Below are positions 1 to 11,189 of a DNA stretch of 64,000 nt, piece after piece. The stretch lies in contig OX597832.1 of the NCBI GenBank assembly GCA_951406725.2, forward strand, positions 35,030,001 through 35,094,000, read 5' to 3'. The position numbers and the translations under genes were made by a program. Under the pieces are notes generated by a model that had not been told where the DNA came from, did no database searches, and saw nothing but the letters and a program-made list of their open reading frames with translations. The stretch comes from Octopus vulgaris. Lineage: Eukaryota. Within the stretch, counting starts at the first letter, position 1, and every line of letters starts with the position of its first letter.

Positions 1-397
1 CTCACGCACGCACACATGTACATCAATGCTTTCGGAGTGAAATGTTAAAATATTGAGTTTTCTCGAATTTTGTCTTAATTGGGGGGTGAAATTGAAAGAA
101 ATTTTTTTATGGCATGACCGAATGGAGTACTTTGAAAAATCTTAGGTAAACTCTAATTGAAGAAATTGTGTGAGGAGTAAATCGTTATGTATTTATTTGT
201 TTCTGTTTGCTGTGTTTTTTTTTTTTTTGAGTAGTGGTTTAAGGTACACTTGCAAAGAGAAAGTGGGAGAAATTATGTTGATAGCATGAGTGATCCGTTT
301 TATAGAAATACTTTCAGTTTAATTGTTGCACACTTGCAAAGAGAAAGTCGTAGAAATGAGAGTGATAGCGTGAGTGAATCAGATCGCTCCCTTTCTC

Positions 398-428
<31 letters not shown>

Positions 429-652
429 CCTGTAGCCCACACTAAGAAAAGCATTTGACTTATACACCACGATGTGAGTTTTCTCTAAATTTTGCTTAAT
501 TGGGGTTGAAATTTTAAAAACTGGACCTGGCACGACCCGATGCATTCTACTCTTAAAAATGCTAGGTAAATTGTAATTGAAGAAATCCTATATTGTAGAT
601 TTCTATAAGATACAAAGGGAGGTAGATAAAATCTGCCTTTTATAATAAGAGA
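1..652 (-). mobile_element. Non-autonomous Helitron-like element (5' part)
   Basis: Minus strand starts TCTCTTATTATAAAAGG; internal diverged direct repeats (about 55-165 vs 477-585) and a (GT)n tract; 3' end not in window. Confidence 0.5.
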
Positions 653-661
653 TATATATAT

Positions 662-2645
662 GTTAGTTTAGATGAGATGCAGTTTGGTTTCGTGCTAGGG
701 AAAAGTACCACTGATGCTATATTCCTGGTAAGGCAGCTGCAGGAGAAATACCTAGCCAAAGATAAGCCCCTGTACCTGGCTTTTGTTGACATGGAGAAAG
801 CCTTCGACAGGGTCCCCCGATCCCTCATATGGTGGTCAATGAGGAAACTAGGAATAGATGAATGGTTAGTGAGAGCTGTGCAAGCCATGTACAGGGACGC
901 TGCTAGTAAGGTGAGGGTTGGCAATGAGTACAGTGAAGAATTCCGGGTAGAGGTAGGGGTCCACCAAGGCTCAGTCCTCAGCCTCCTCCTATTTATCATA
1001 GTCCTCCAGGCAATAACGGAGGAATTCAAGACAGGATGCCCCTGGGAGCTCCTCTATGCTGATGACCTTGCTCTAATTGCTGAGTCATTATCAGAACTGG
1101 AGAAGAAGTTTCAGGTGTGGAAGCATGGTTTAGAATCGAAGGGCCTTAGAGTCAACCTAGCTAAAACCAAAGTCGTAATAAGTAGGAAGGTAGACAAATC
1201 ACAAACGCCTTCAGGTAGATGGCCCTGCTCGATTTGTAGAAAAGGTGTAGGTAGAAACTCTATAAGATGCACCAAGTGTAAGCTATGGACACATAAGAGG
1301 TGCAGCAATGTCATAGGAAGGCTAACTAGGAAGATGGTTTTTGTATGTGGCAGATGCTCGGGAGCATTAACCTCTGAAAATCTGCAGAAAACAACTTCTG
1401 TCACTTTCCAGGGGGAAAAACTAGAAGTAGTTGATAGCTTCCGTTATCTTGGTGACCAAGTCAGTAGTGGGGGTGGGTGTGCTGAAAGTGTAACTGCTAG
1501 AGTAAGAATAGCCTGGGCAAAGTTTAGGGAGCTCTTACCTCTGTTGGTGACTAAAGGCCTCTCGCTCAGAGTAAAAGGCAGACTGTATGATGCATGTGTA
1601 CGAACAGCCATGCTACATTGCAGTGAAACATGGGCCGTGACTGCTGAGGACATGCGTAAGCTCGCGAGAAATGAAGCTAGTATGCTCCGTTGGATGTGTA
1701 ATGTCAGTGTTCATAGTCAACAGTGTAAGTACCTTGAGAGAAAAGTTGGACCTAAGAGGAATCAGATGTTGTGTGCAAGAGACGATTGCGCTGGTATGGT
1801 CATGAGGTGAGAATGGATGAAGATAGGTGTGTGAAAAAGTGCCACACCCTGGCAGTTGAGGGGACTTGTGGAAGAGGTAGACCCAGGAAAACCTGGGTCG
1901 AGGTGGTGAAGCACGACCTTCGAACTCTAGGTCTCACCAAGGAAATGACCAGAGACCGAGACCTATGGAAGTATGCTGTGCGTGAGAAGACCCGGCAAAA
2001 CCAGTGAGAACAATCAAAATCAAATAATATATCAGAAAGCAGGGGTTAAGTGACCTATCCGTTCGTGTCCGCTGTCAGCCTCGTTTGGCACCCATGCCGG
2101 TGATACGTAAAAGCACCATTCGCTCGTGGCCGTTTGCCAGCTCTGCCTGGCCCCGTGTCGGTGGCACGTAAAAGCACCATCCGTTCGTGTTCGTTGCCAG
2201 CCTCGCCTGGCCCCGTGCCGGTGACACGTAAAAGCACCGTCCGTTCGTGGCCGTTTGCCAGCCCTGTCTGGCCCTGTGTCGGTGGCACGTAAAAGCACCA
2301 TCCGTTCGTGGCCGTTTGCCAGCTCTGTCTGGCCCCATGTCGGTGGCACATAAAAGCACCATCCGTTCGTGTCCGTTGCCAGCATCGCCTGGCCCCGTGC
2401 CGGTGACACGTAAAAGCACCATCCATTCATGGCCATTCGCCAGCTCTGTCTGGCACCTGTGCAGGTGGCACGTAAAAAACACCCACTACACTCGCGGAGT
2501 GGTTGGCGTTAGGAAGGGCATCCAGCCGTAGAAACACTGCCAGATCTGACTGGGCCTGACGAAGCCTTCCAGCTTCACAGACCCCAGTTGACCCGTCCAA
2601 CCCATGCTAGCATGGAAAGCGGACGCTAAACGATGATGATGATGA

Positions 2646-2649
<4 letters not shown>
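662..2649 (+). mobile_element. 5'-truncated RTE-clade LINE (RT with embedded PHD finger, tandem-repeat 3' UTR, (GAT)n tail)
   Basis: ORF 677-1810/1771-2007: QFGF, FVDMEKAFDRV, GVHQGSVLS, LLYADD, FRYLG, RRLRWYGH, GRGRPRKTW; one frameshift near 1720; inserted in a (TA)n run. Confidence 0.93.
2058..2482 (+). repeat. About 7 tandem units of 60-62 bp inside the RTE 3' UTR
   Basis: Repeated ccgttcgtg..GCCAG(n6)CTGGC..GTGCCGGTGGCACGTAAAAGCACCAT. Confidence 0.9.
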
Positions 2650-2676
<27 letters not shown>

Positions 2677-2968
2677 ACACACACGTGTATATATACATGC
2701 ATGCATTTTTCTACATTTGATCCCCCTTTCTCATCATTGCCACCACACCTCGACTTACAGAACTAAGAATTCTCCCATTCTGCTGCCAACTGCAGTCTAT
2801 AGATACTGATTCTGTGAGCATGCAACTCCATTTGCTTATACATTTACTTTACTTTTCCACAGATGAAGAAATACTGTATTGAGAATTCTTGTTTGTTCCT
2901 ATTTGGTGTATTATGTTTAATGAAGATATAAATACTTCTAAGGTTTTAATCTTTTTTTCTATCTACAG

Positions 2969-3202
2969 AGCATATCTAATTTGTTGCGGTTGTGGTATCA
3001 TGAAAGCTGCCGTGTATTCCAAGATCGTCTGGTTAATAATGAAGACCGTAACTGGTTTAATGAATGTCTTAAGCAAAGAATTGAGGAAGATTTTGAGATT
3101 GATTTTGATGAAGTCATCGTCGACCATCCAGTGTTGTTTACAGATTTTATGTCCAGGAGTGGTGATATTCGAAATTATGAAGAAGTCACTGATTATCAGA
3201 AG
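2969..3202 (+). CDS. DNAH1: Dynein heavy chain exon (SISNLLRLWYHE...YEEVTDYQK)
   Basis: tacag|AGC ... AAG|gtattt; 234 nt. Confidence 0.9.
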
Positions 3203-3220
3203 GTATTTTACAACAAAAGT

Positions 3221-3355
3221 GGAGGCACATGGCTCAGTGGTTTGGGTGTTTGGCTCATGCTTGTGAGATTAATGTTTCAATTCCTGGACTGGGTGATGCA
3301 TTGTCTTCTTAATCAAAACACTCTATTTCATGTTCCAGTCTGCACAGTTGGTGAA
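3221..3355 (+). mobile_element. Degenerate tRNA-derived SINE (5' part)
   Basis: A-box-like TGGCTCAGTGG and B-box-like GTTTCAATTCC; homologous to the minus-strand copy at 14160-14304. Confidence 0.55.
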
Positions 3356-3398
3356 AAGGAATAATTCTGTGTTCTATCCTAGAAGGAATATATGATGA

Positions 3399-4472
3399 TA
3401 ATAATAATAATAATAATAATGAAATGATTGTATACAGTGCTCAGGTGCACCACAACTTGTCAAAAGTGCGTATAAAGCATATGCAGCAATGTACAAATGT
3501 CTGGAAAGTGAAGAGTGTATGAGTCAGATACATGTTTGCGTGTGTATGGAGGGGAGAAAATCAGGTGTAGTGTTGGCAAATCTCAGGAAGCATGGAAGTT
3601 TCGAAGGATTCAGTGCTCCAACAACTAACAACTGATGCCGGCAGTTTGTTCCATGCTTCAGCAACTCTCAGCGTGAAAAAATGTTTCCAAAAGTCATGAG
3701 AGCTGTGCTGTTTTCTGACTTTGTAAACATGTCCACGGGTGTTAGACGGGTGGAGTTTGAAAAGGTGCTCAGAGTTATAGTTTGTAAGATGGTTAATAAT
3801 TTTATGGGTGTCTGCCAAGTCAGCTGCCAGATGTCGGAATTTCAATGTGTCCATGCCCAGGGAAGTAAGGCATTCAGAATATCGCAAATACCTGATGGAG
3901 GGTATTCTCTTGGTTGCACATCGCTGAACAGCTTCCAGACGATTAATATCCTGGGCAAGATAGGGGCTCCAGACCATCATCATCATCATCATCATCATCA
4001 TCGTTTAACGTCCGCTTTCCATGCTAGCATAGGTTGGACGATTTTGACTGAGGGCTGTCGAACCAGATGGCTGCACCAGGTTCCAATCTTGATTTGGCAG
4101 AGTTTCTACAGCTGTATGCCCTTCTTAATGCCAACCACTGTGAGAGTGTAGTGGGTGCTTTTATGTGCCACCGGCACGGGGGCCAGCCAGGCAGTACTGG
4201 CAACAACCTCACTTGAATCTTTTTACACATGCCACCAGCACAAGTGCCAGTAAGGCAGCGTTGGTAACGATCACGCTCGAATGGTGCCCTTTTATTTTCG
4301 AGTGTGATCGTTACCAACGTTGCCTTACTAGCACCTGTGCTGGTGGCATGTGTAAAAAGATTCGAGCGAGGTTGTTGCCAGTACCACCTGACTGGCCCTC
4401 ATGCCGGTGGCATGGTGATGCAAATTCCAGGTGAGGTCATACCATAGCTATATAAAGCCGCAGATAGATAGC
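3399..4472 (-). mobile_element. CR1-type LINE 3' end, interrupted by an RTE-tail insertion at 3975-4413
   Basis: IYLRLYIAMV*PHLEFAS / VWSPYLAQDINRLEAVQR...HFFTLRVAEAWNKLP; (TAA)n tail at 3399-3420. Confidence 0.85.
3975..4413 (-). mobile_element. Solo RTE 3'-UTR copy with internal inversion
   Basis: (CAT)n tail plus conserved 3' end plus tandem units; 4297-4413 is an inverted copy of 4165-4281. Confidence 0.85.
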
Positions 4473-4854
4473 CTACAAAGAAACAAAGAGACTGGCCCTA
4501 TGGTCTTTATAGATTAATGCAGATTGACCATTCTATAACAAATAACTTGAGTGGTGATCTACTGAATGGTATATGCAAAGAATTCTTAAATGATATTTTC
4601 CTCTTAGGTAGAGAAAGAAAATTTTAAAAATGTAGCAATAATTGTGAGAAACTCCAAAGAAAAGGGAAAATAACTCCATGAAATTAAGAATTGATTTCAC
4701 AAAATTAATTCAAATGCTTAAAGCGGAAATCTGATGTTTGTTTTCAAGCAAAGGAACAGTTATGCAATGTTTTAAGTCTTGTTTCATAATATAATTTACC
4801 TGCTTTGATTGCTTGATAAAGGTTCCCTAACAGTATATAAACAAACATATGACC

Positions 4855-5260
4855 AGTGTGAACGTTGCCAGAGCAGCTGACTGGCTTCCGTGCTGGTGGC
4901 ACATAAAAAGCACCATTTGAACATGATCGTTACCAGCGTTGCCTTACTGGCACTTGTGCTGGTGGCACGTGAAAAAAAACATTCGAGCGAGGTCGTTGCC
5001 AGTGCCGCTGGACTGGCTCCTGTGCAGGTGACACATAAAAAGCACTCTTTGAGCATGGCCGTTGCCAGTACCGCCTGACTGGCCCTTGTGCTGGTGGCAC
5101 GTAAAAGCACCCACTACACTCTCAGAGTGGTTGGCATTAGGAAGGGCATCCAGCTGTAGAAACTCTGCCAGATCAGACTGGAGCCTGGTGCAACCATCTG
5201 GTTTGCCAGTCCTCTGTCAAATCGTCCAACCCATGCCAGCATGGAGAGCAGATGTTAGAC

Positions 5261-5291
<31 letters not shown>

Positions 5292-5297
5292 GTGATG
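4855..5297 (+). mobile_element. Solo RTE 3'-UTR copy
   Basis: Tandem units, ACCCACTACACTCTCAGAGTGGTTGGCATTAGGAAGGGCATCCAGC, (GAT)n tail. Confidence 0.85.
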
Positions 5298-6344
5298 AAA
5301 TAGAAAACTCATTACAAAGATTTGGGGCCAGTACTGTATTTACTTTTTGGTAAACTTTGTGTTGGAATTATAGGACATGTTGGGTAAATACTATTGACCA
5401 ATAAACTTGAAGTTACCTGCTGGAGATAGCAGGCATCTGCTTTATAATGGGTCCTATTGTGACTTATCTCAGGACCTTTAGACACATTCTCTTGATGAAC
5501 AACTTTTTAGTTGGCAATTCATTAAAATATCTGCAGATGACATGTAGAAGAAAGAAACGAAATCTTTCAGAGAGTTGGGCACCTAAATTTCCATTGCTCA
5601 TATATTAGAATAACACATTTGTGTACCATATATTTATCTAGGTCAATGAATAGCTGGAAATTGTTGAAATTCATACTAGATTCCTTGAAATAAAAAAAAT
5701 ACTTCTTTTTACAGTCCAGGTTCAACATCAAAACAGTCCATTTAGTGTTTCATTCCACTTGAATTTCTCCACTGTAAATTTCTCTCTTTGTATTTAAAAG
5801 GAAAAAAAAATCAATACATTAATACATTACATATTAAATTAACATTCCATACACAGCTATAAATGTTTATGTGTAGTTAACATACAGATTTATACTATAA
5901 ATCTACAGTATATGTATTTATCATATTGTTTATTTTATATGTCTACATACACATGTGCATATTTACTATCAACTGCATCTTTATGAAATATTAACTAGCA
6001 TCTATGGGAATAGTTAATACAAAACACTAATAAACTTGCTAATTGCCCTTAAACATGAACTAGAAGTGGTGAATAAAAGATTTCGCTATTGTGAGAAATC
6101 ATTGCTTAATTTTAGGCCATTGATCATAAGTTTACTGTAAAGCCACAAACAATATATTACAATATGAAAGACAAAACCTTCAGTATCATAAAGCTCCTAA
6201 AGATATACATACAAAACTACATTATTTGATGTGTAAATTCCAAAAAAGGAGTTTTGTTTCTGGGTTAGAAACCAGCTCTTTCTCCATTTTGTGAGGAATT
6301 TGAAAAATGAAAACAAAAATAAGTGTTACTATTCTATTCTTTTT

Positions 6345-7495
6345 TTTTTTCTTGAGATGTGCAATTCTGTACATTATTTACGATGGATGGATAAGTGTCC
6401 TCACCTTGTTTGTTGTTATCACAACATTTCGGCTGATGTACTCTCTAGCCTTCATCGGGTGTTCTGGTGGAATTTTTGAATCAAATCCTTTCTTTGACTA
6501 ATGGGGTAAAAACTGTTCTCATTCCTAAAGTATGTTGCTGATGTTATTTTTTTATTGATATTATTTACGATTAACACCATGAAAACCAACCAATGGCTTT
6601 GTTATGTTGATGACCCCTTTATACTCTGGCTCCACCAGGAGGATGTCCAAGTAATGCTAAATCATGTGAACTCAATAAAGTCATTCACACAGTTCACAAC
6701 AGAAGAGGAAAAAGACAATCAGCTGACATTCCTGGATGTATTAATAACAAGCGCTGAATATGGGTTCAAGACATCCGTATACCACAGGCCAGCCTTCACT
6801 GGACGATACCTTAACTTTAATTACCAACATCCATACAGTAGAAAGAGAGGGATTGCTCAGTGCCTGAAACCTCAAGCAAAGGCTATAAGTAGTGATCCTG
6901 ATACACACCACAAAGAAATGATCAGACTAAGAAACAATCTAATATGCAACAACTACCCAGAAAATATACTTTCCACTCCAGTTAGGAAGAGAAAGGATGA
7001 AACCCATAAACTGCCTACAGTCTGTTTGCCTTATGTTGAAGGCCTCTTGGAAAAGATACAAAAGATATGTGCCCCATATGACATCAGGACAGTATTCAAG
7101 AATAATACAACACTTCGCAAATATCTCCTTTGAGTAAAACCACCAATAGAAGAGAATATGACCCAAAACTGTGTACTCCATCCCATGCAGTTGCGGTAGG
7201 TTATACAAAGGTAAAACATATTGCCCCCTCAAAATAAGGCTAGAGGAACATCATAAAGCTATGACATGAGGAGATATTGAAAAATGGGGTATAGCCAATC
7301 ATGTATGACAAAACGGAGACCACCCCCCCTTGTGGGATGAAGTTAAAATAATAGACAGAGAATACCACTGGAAAGTACAAAAATTAAAAGAGAGAGGACA
7401 TATGCTAGGACACAATGACTTCTTAAGCAGCAGGCCTAGTGCAGATAAGAATGTAATATGGGAACCAGTTTTAAGAAAAAATAATATATTAAGTT
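6345..7495 (+). mobile_element. Penelope-like retroelement remnant (RT C-terminus plus GIY-YIG endonuclease) with inverted pseudo-LTR piece
   Basis: WLCYVDD, LTFLDV, TGRYLNF, LPYVEGL; frameshifted NCVYSIPCSCGRLYKGKT...LKIRLEEH; stops present. Confidence 0.8.
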
Positions 7496-7499
7496 TATA

Positions 7500-8045
7500 A
7501 GCTCCAAAATTCACTCTATAATTACCCACAGGCATATAGCATAATAGATAAGAGTGCAGTACGATGTTGCTAAAGCAGTTAACAATGCCATCCACAAATT
7601 AGACTGTCCTGAAATAAACTTAGAAAATTCCTGTTATGAAATACATTCATAAACATCAATTCAACGAATACTGGTGAAATATTCCCATCAAAACTGTCAA
7701 ATGTAAACATAACAGGATATTGTTGTTTGGGACAGAGGGACAAAGGTATGTACCATCATAGAGGTCAGCTGCCCTACGGATATAAATATCTCTTTGAAAA
7801 TCAAAGAAAAAGAGTACATCTATGAACAACTGTTTCAAAACCTCCAGCTTCTATATCTAGACTATGAATTCATATTCATACCAATAATAATTGGAGCACT
7901 AGGTTTTGTTAGTAAATGCTTAAAAGAGAATCTGGATAAACTGGGATTTCAGAAAGAGAAATTGATCGGCTAATTTGTACATTATAAGTGCAATCTATAA
8001 GTGGAACAGTAAAAATATGCAAGACTTTTCTCAAGTTCTAAATGT
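7500..8045 (+). mobile_element. Decayed RLE-type (R4/NeSL-like) LINE 3' fragment
   Basis: Frameshifted CTIIEVSCPTDINISLKIKEKE..Y ... IPIIIGALG, resembling the restriction-like endonuclease region. Confidence 0.55.
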
Positions 8046-8375
8046 GAATTTATCTGTGTTAGCTACATCCCAAAGCTGGGTATCTTTGGTGGAACCCAGT
8101 TTCCTCCTTGGTGGAAGATTTATGATAATTAAAAAATAGAAGAGACATATACACACACACACACATGCATCTATGCATACATATTTATGTATATATATAT
8201 ATATATGTATATACATATATTCACAGACAAATACAAGGAAGCAATCACACGTTATTTTATACACATATATACATGTTTCTACACAAATGTATTGACCGAA
8301 ACTCAGTTTTTCATATCCATGGAATTATTTCATTCTAGCTTTGTCGATCTTTTAATTTCTTATTTTTCTTCACAG

Positions 8376-8572
8376 TTGAGCAGCGTGTTAGATGAGTTCT
8401 TGGAAGATTATAACCAAATCAGCATCAATAAAATGAAATTGGTTCTTTTTATGGATGCAATCACTCACATCACTAGAATTGGAAGAGTTATTCGCCAACC
8501 ATATGGAAATGCCCTTCTTCTTGGAATGGGTGGAAGTGGTCGGCAGAGTCTTACACGTCTTGCTTCTCATAT
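8376..8572 (+). CDS. DNAH1: Dynein heavy chain exon, AAA4 P-loop (LSSVLDEFLEDYN...GMGGSGRQSLTRLASH)
   Basis: cacag|TTG ... CAT AT|gttagt; ends phase 2. Confidence 0.92.
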
Positions 8573-8802
8573 GTTAGTAATACATCATTCTATTTCTTTC
8601 ACTTCAAATTTCATACTCTTGACTCAAGCAATGAAGAACTGATATTAAATGATGATTATGAGGATGACAAAAATGATGACAATCACCGTGGTGGTGGTGG
8701 AGGCGGCGGCAGCAGTGAAGAGATGGTTATGATTCAAGCTACATTGTGATAAAAAACAGATTTTGTTGAGCTGACTTTGATGACAAATGATAATGATGAT
8801 GA

Positions 8803-9327
8803 TCATCATCATCATTGTTTAACGTCCGCTTTCCATGCTAGCATGGGTTGGACGATTTTGACTGAGGGCTGGCGAACCAGATGGATGCACCAAGCTCCAA
8901 TCTTGATCAGGCCGAGTTTCTACAGCTGGATGCCCTTCCTAATGCCAACCACTCTAAGAGTGTAGTGGGTGCTTTTTACGTGCCACCAGCACGGAGGCCA
9001 GTCGGGTGGTACTGGCAATGATCTTGCTCGAATCTTTTTACACATGCCACCAGCACAGGTGCCAGTAAGGCAACATTGGTAACGATCATGCTCAAATGGT
9101 GCCCTTTTTACATGCCACTGGCACGGAAGCCAGTTGGCTGCTCTGGCAATGATCATACTCGGATGGTGCTCTTGGCACCCTACTAGCACGGGCACAAGTG
9201 CCAGTAAGGCGATGCTGGTAATGATTACACTCGAATGGTGCCTTTTATGTGCTACTGGCACGGAAGCCGGTTAGCTGCTCTGTCAACGATCACACTTTTA
9301 TGGTGCTCTTTGTACCCCGCTAGCATC
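8803..9327 (-). mobile_element. Solo RTE 3'-UTR copy (about 5 diverged units)
   Basis: (CAT)n, CCATGCTAGCATGG palindrome, tandem units. Confidence 0.85.
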
Positions 9328-10180
9328 ACTGTTATTATTTCATATTAGATCACTGTTATTATTTCATGTTTATCATATCTTTCTTTTGAGTTTCAAATCA
9401 TCCATCCAACAAAAGAGATTTTGGTATCTAAGTTTGTTTATGAGACTGAAGATAGTGTTAGGACAATTTACAGAAAACTTCTGATTATAGTCATGCTAAG
9501 AATTCTGTGCTACAACTGCTCTGTTGATGATAAAAATCAGCATTGGTACTGGTGGTCAAAATTGCGACCAGTTTGTGTAAACGGACTGTTGTAATTACTT
9601 CTGCTATTGCTCAGAAATGGTTTCCTCCAGCTACATTGTTGTACAGCAAAACAAGCAGATTAATTTAATGAGCAATGTGCCAGGAAGCGGGATGAGCTAA
9701 AGATACAATAAAGTGTGAGTGTATGTAGTAGAGAATGTAGCTTAAATATATTGTGAATAAATATATGGTGAATTAAGCATAATACAAAAGAACAGCTAAG
9801 TATATAGTAAAATAAGGTGTTTACGGCAGTAGATAAGTGTAAGAGATTAGAGATGACCCATGGTTGAACAAGAATGATATTTTGATAATAAGCCATGGTC
9901 ACATAGTCTGCTAGAAATAGCAACCAGATCCCTTCTCTAAAAAAAAGGGAAAAGAAAAACTTATTAGATAATGCAGTTCCAAATATACTATATCTGCAAA
10001 CGAGAGATCATTGTGACTGGGTCGCCTTCGATCAGAGATAACCTGGGTGTAATTTAAACAAAATAGAGGCTGATGGTTAGCAGAGTTTATTTTAGAAGAT
10101 TGTAAGCATATCTATTATATATTCAAATATTTTAGATATAAAAAGCAGGAAGGACTCCAAATTTTTTTGCCATTTTTCAG

Positions 10181-10316
10181 AGTGGAATTTGATTGTTTTC
10201 AAGTGGAATTATCAAAGAACTATGGCATCAGTGAGTGGAAAGAAGATTTAAAAAAGGTATTGATGAAGTCTGGAATAGAGAATCAAGCAGTTGTCTTCCT
10301 GTTCAGTGATACTCAG
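10181..10316 (+). CDS. DNAH1: Dynein heavy chain exon (VEFDCFQVELSKNYG...FLFSDTQ)
   Basis: ttttcag|A GTG ... ACT CAG|gtaata; not in ORF track. Confidence 0.92.
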
Positions 10317-10499
10317 GTAATATTAAAAGTTTTTCTGTGAAGGCTGTTCCTGTTGGCTCACATAACAAATTATTTTGTTCTAACTAAAAGTCTTGAAGGC
10401 CTGAATACCACAGTTTTAAAATCAGAGACTTGTGTCTACATAGCAAAGTATCCTTTTTTGCATGCATTATTCTTCCTTTCACACACACACACACACACA

Positions 10500-10712
10500 A
10501 TCATCATCATCATTATTTAACGTTTGTCATGCTGCATATGTAGGACAGTTTGACAGGAGCTGGCAAGCTGCACTAGACTCCAATCGTCTATTTTGGCAAA
10601 TTTCGCCAGCTGGATGCCCTTCCTAATGCCGACCACTTTACAGAGTGTACTGGGTGCTTTTGTGACATCAGTACAGGTACCTTTTACATGGCACCAGCAT
10701 GGGTGCTTTTCA
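10500..10712 (-). mobile_element. Older RTE 3'-UTR copy with short (about 25 bp) units
   Basis: (CAT)n tail, GCTGGATGCCCTTCCTAATGCC, GGTGCTTTT units. Confidence 0.7.
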
Positions 10713-10754
10713 TCAAACAAATTATTTTCTGATGATAAACACATATGTTACATA

Positions 10755-11143
10755 CTAGCAGTATCACCCAGTGTTGCTTGGGTTTGTTTCTACCCTTTAG
10801 AATTGGAATTTTTGAAAAGTAAAAATTTTGCATTATGCAACTTGTTATTCTCTTCAAGTGAACATTTTTCCAGTTGAAAGACACCGAAAAATGGTGACAC
10901 AGCAGTCAAAAATCGTAAAAAATAGGGATTTTCATAGAAAAAAAGCACCTTTTTGATGTAAATAATTTTTGGTGTTAACACGGTCCGATTTGAATTTTAT
11001 CTTCTACAGAATGAAGAGCAAGCCTTCTTCTATCATACTCTCAATTTTGGTCAACTTGCGCTGCATGGTTTCGAAGGAGATAGTGTTAGTTGAAGGCTAC
11101 CAAACCTGCCACACACAGACAACTTCAGCTTTATATATATAGA
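10755..11143 (-). mobile_element. Non-autonomous Helitron
   Basis: Minus strand A|TCTATATATATAAAG ... hairpin ACCCAAGCAACACTGGGT ... CTAG|T; inserted in an AT dinucleotide without TSD. Confidence 0.85.
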
Positions 11144-11189
11144 TTTGCTACACACTACTTTCCATCCTTAATAATGAAACTTGGTAGAT

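Noticed and set aside
8187-8642. ORF-track dynein fragments as standalone small genes (also 2981, 34989, 44387, 48749, 56322 etc.)
   Set aside because: Each is an exon read through into intron; AG/GT boundaries give a continuous in-phase dynein.
8571-10181. Junction codon AT|A (Ile) where I recall Met in vertebrate DNAH1, as a possible A-to-I recoding site
   Set aside because: A conservative substitution is sufficient explanation; no RNA evidence and no adjacent pairing element seen.
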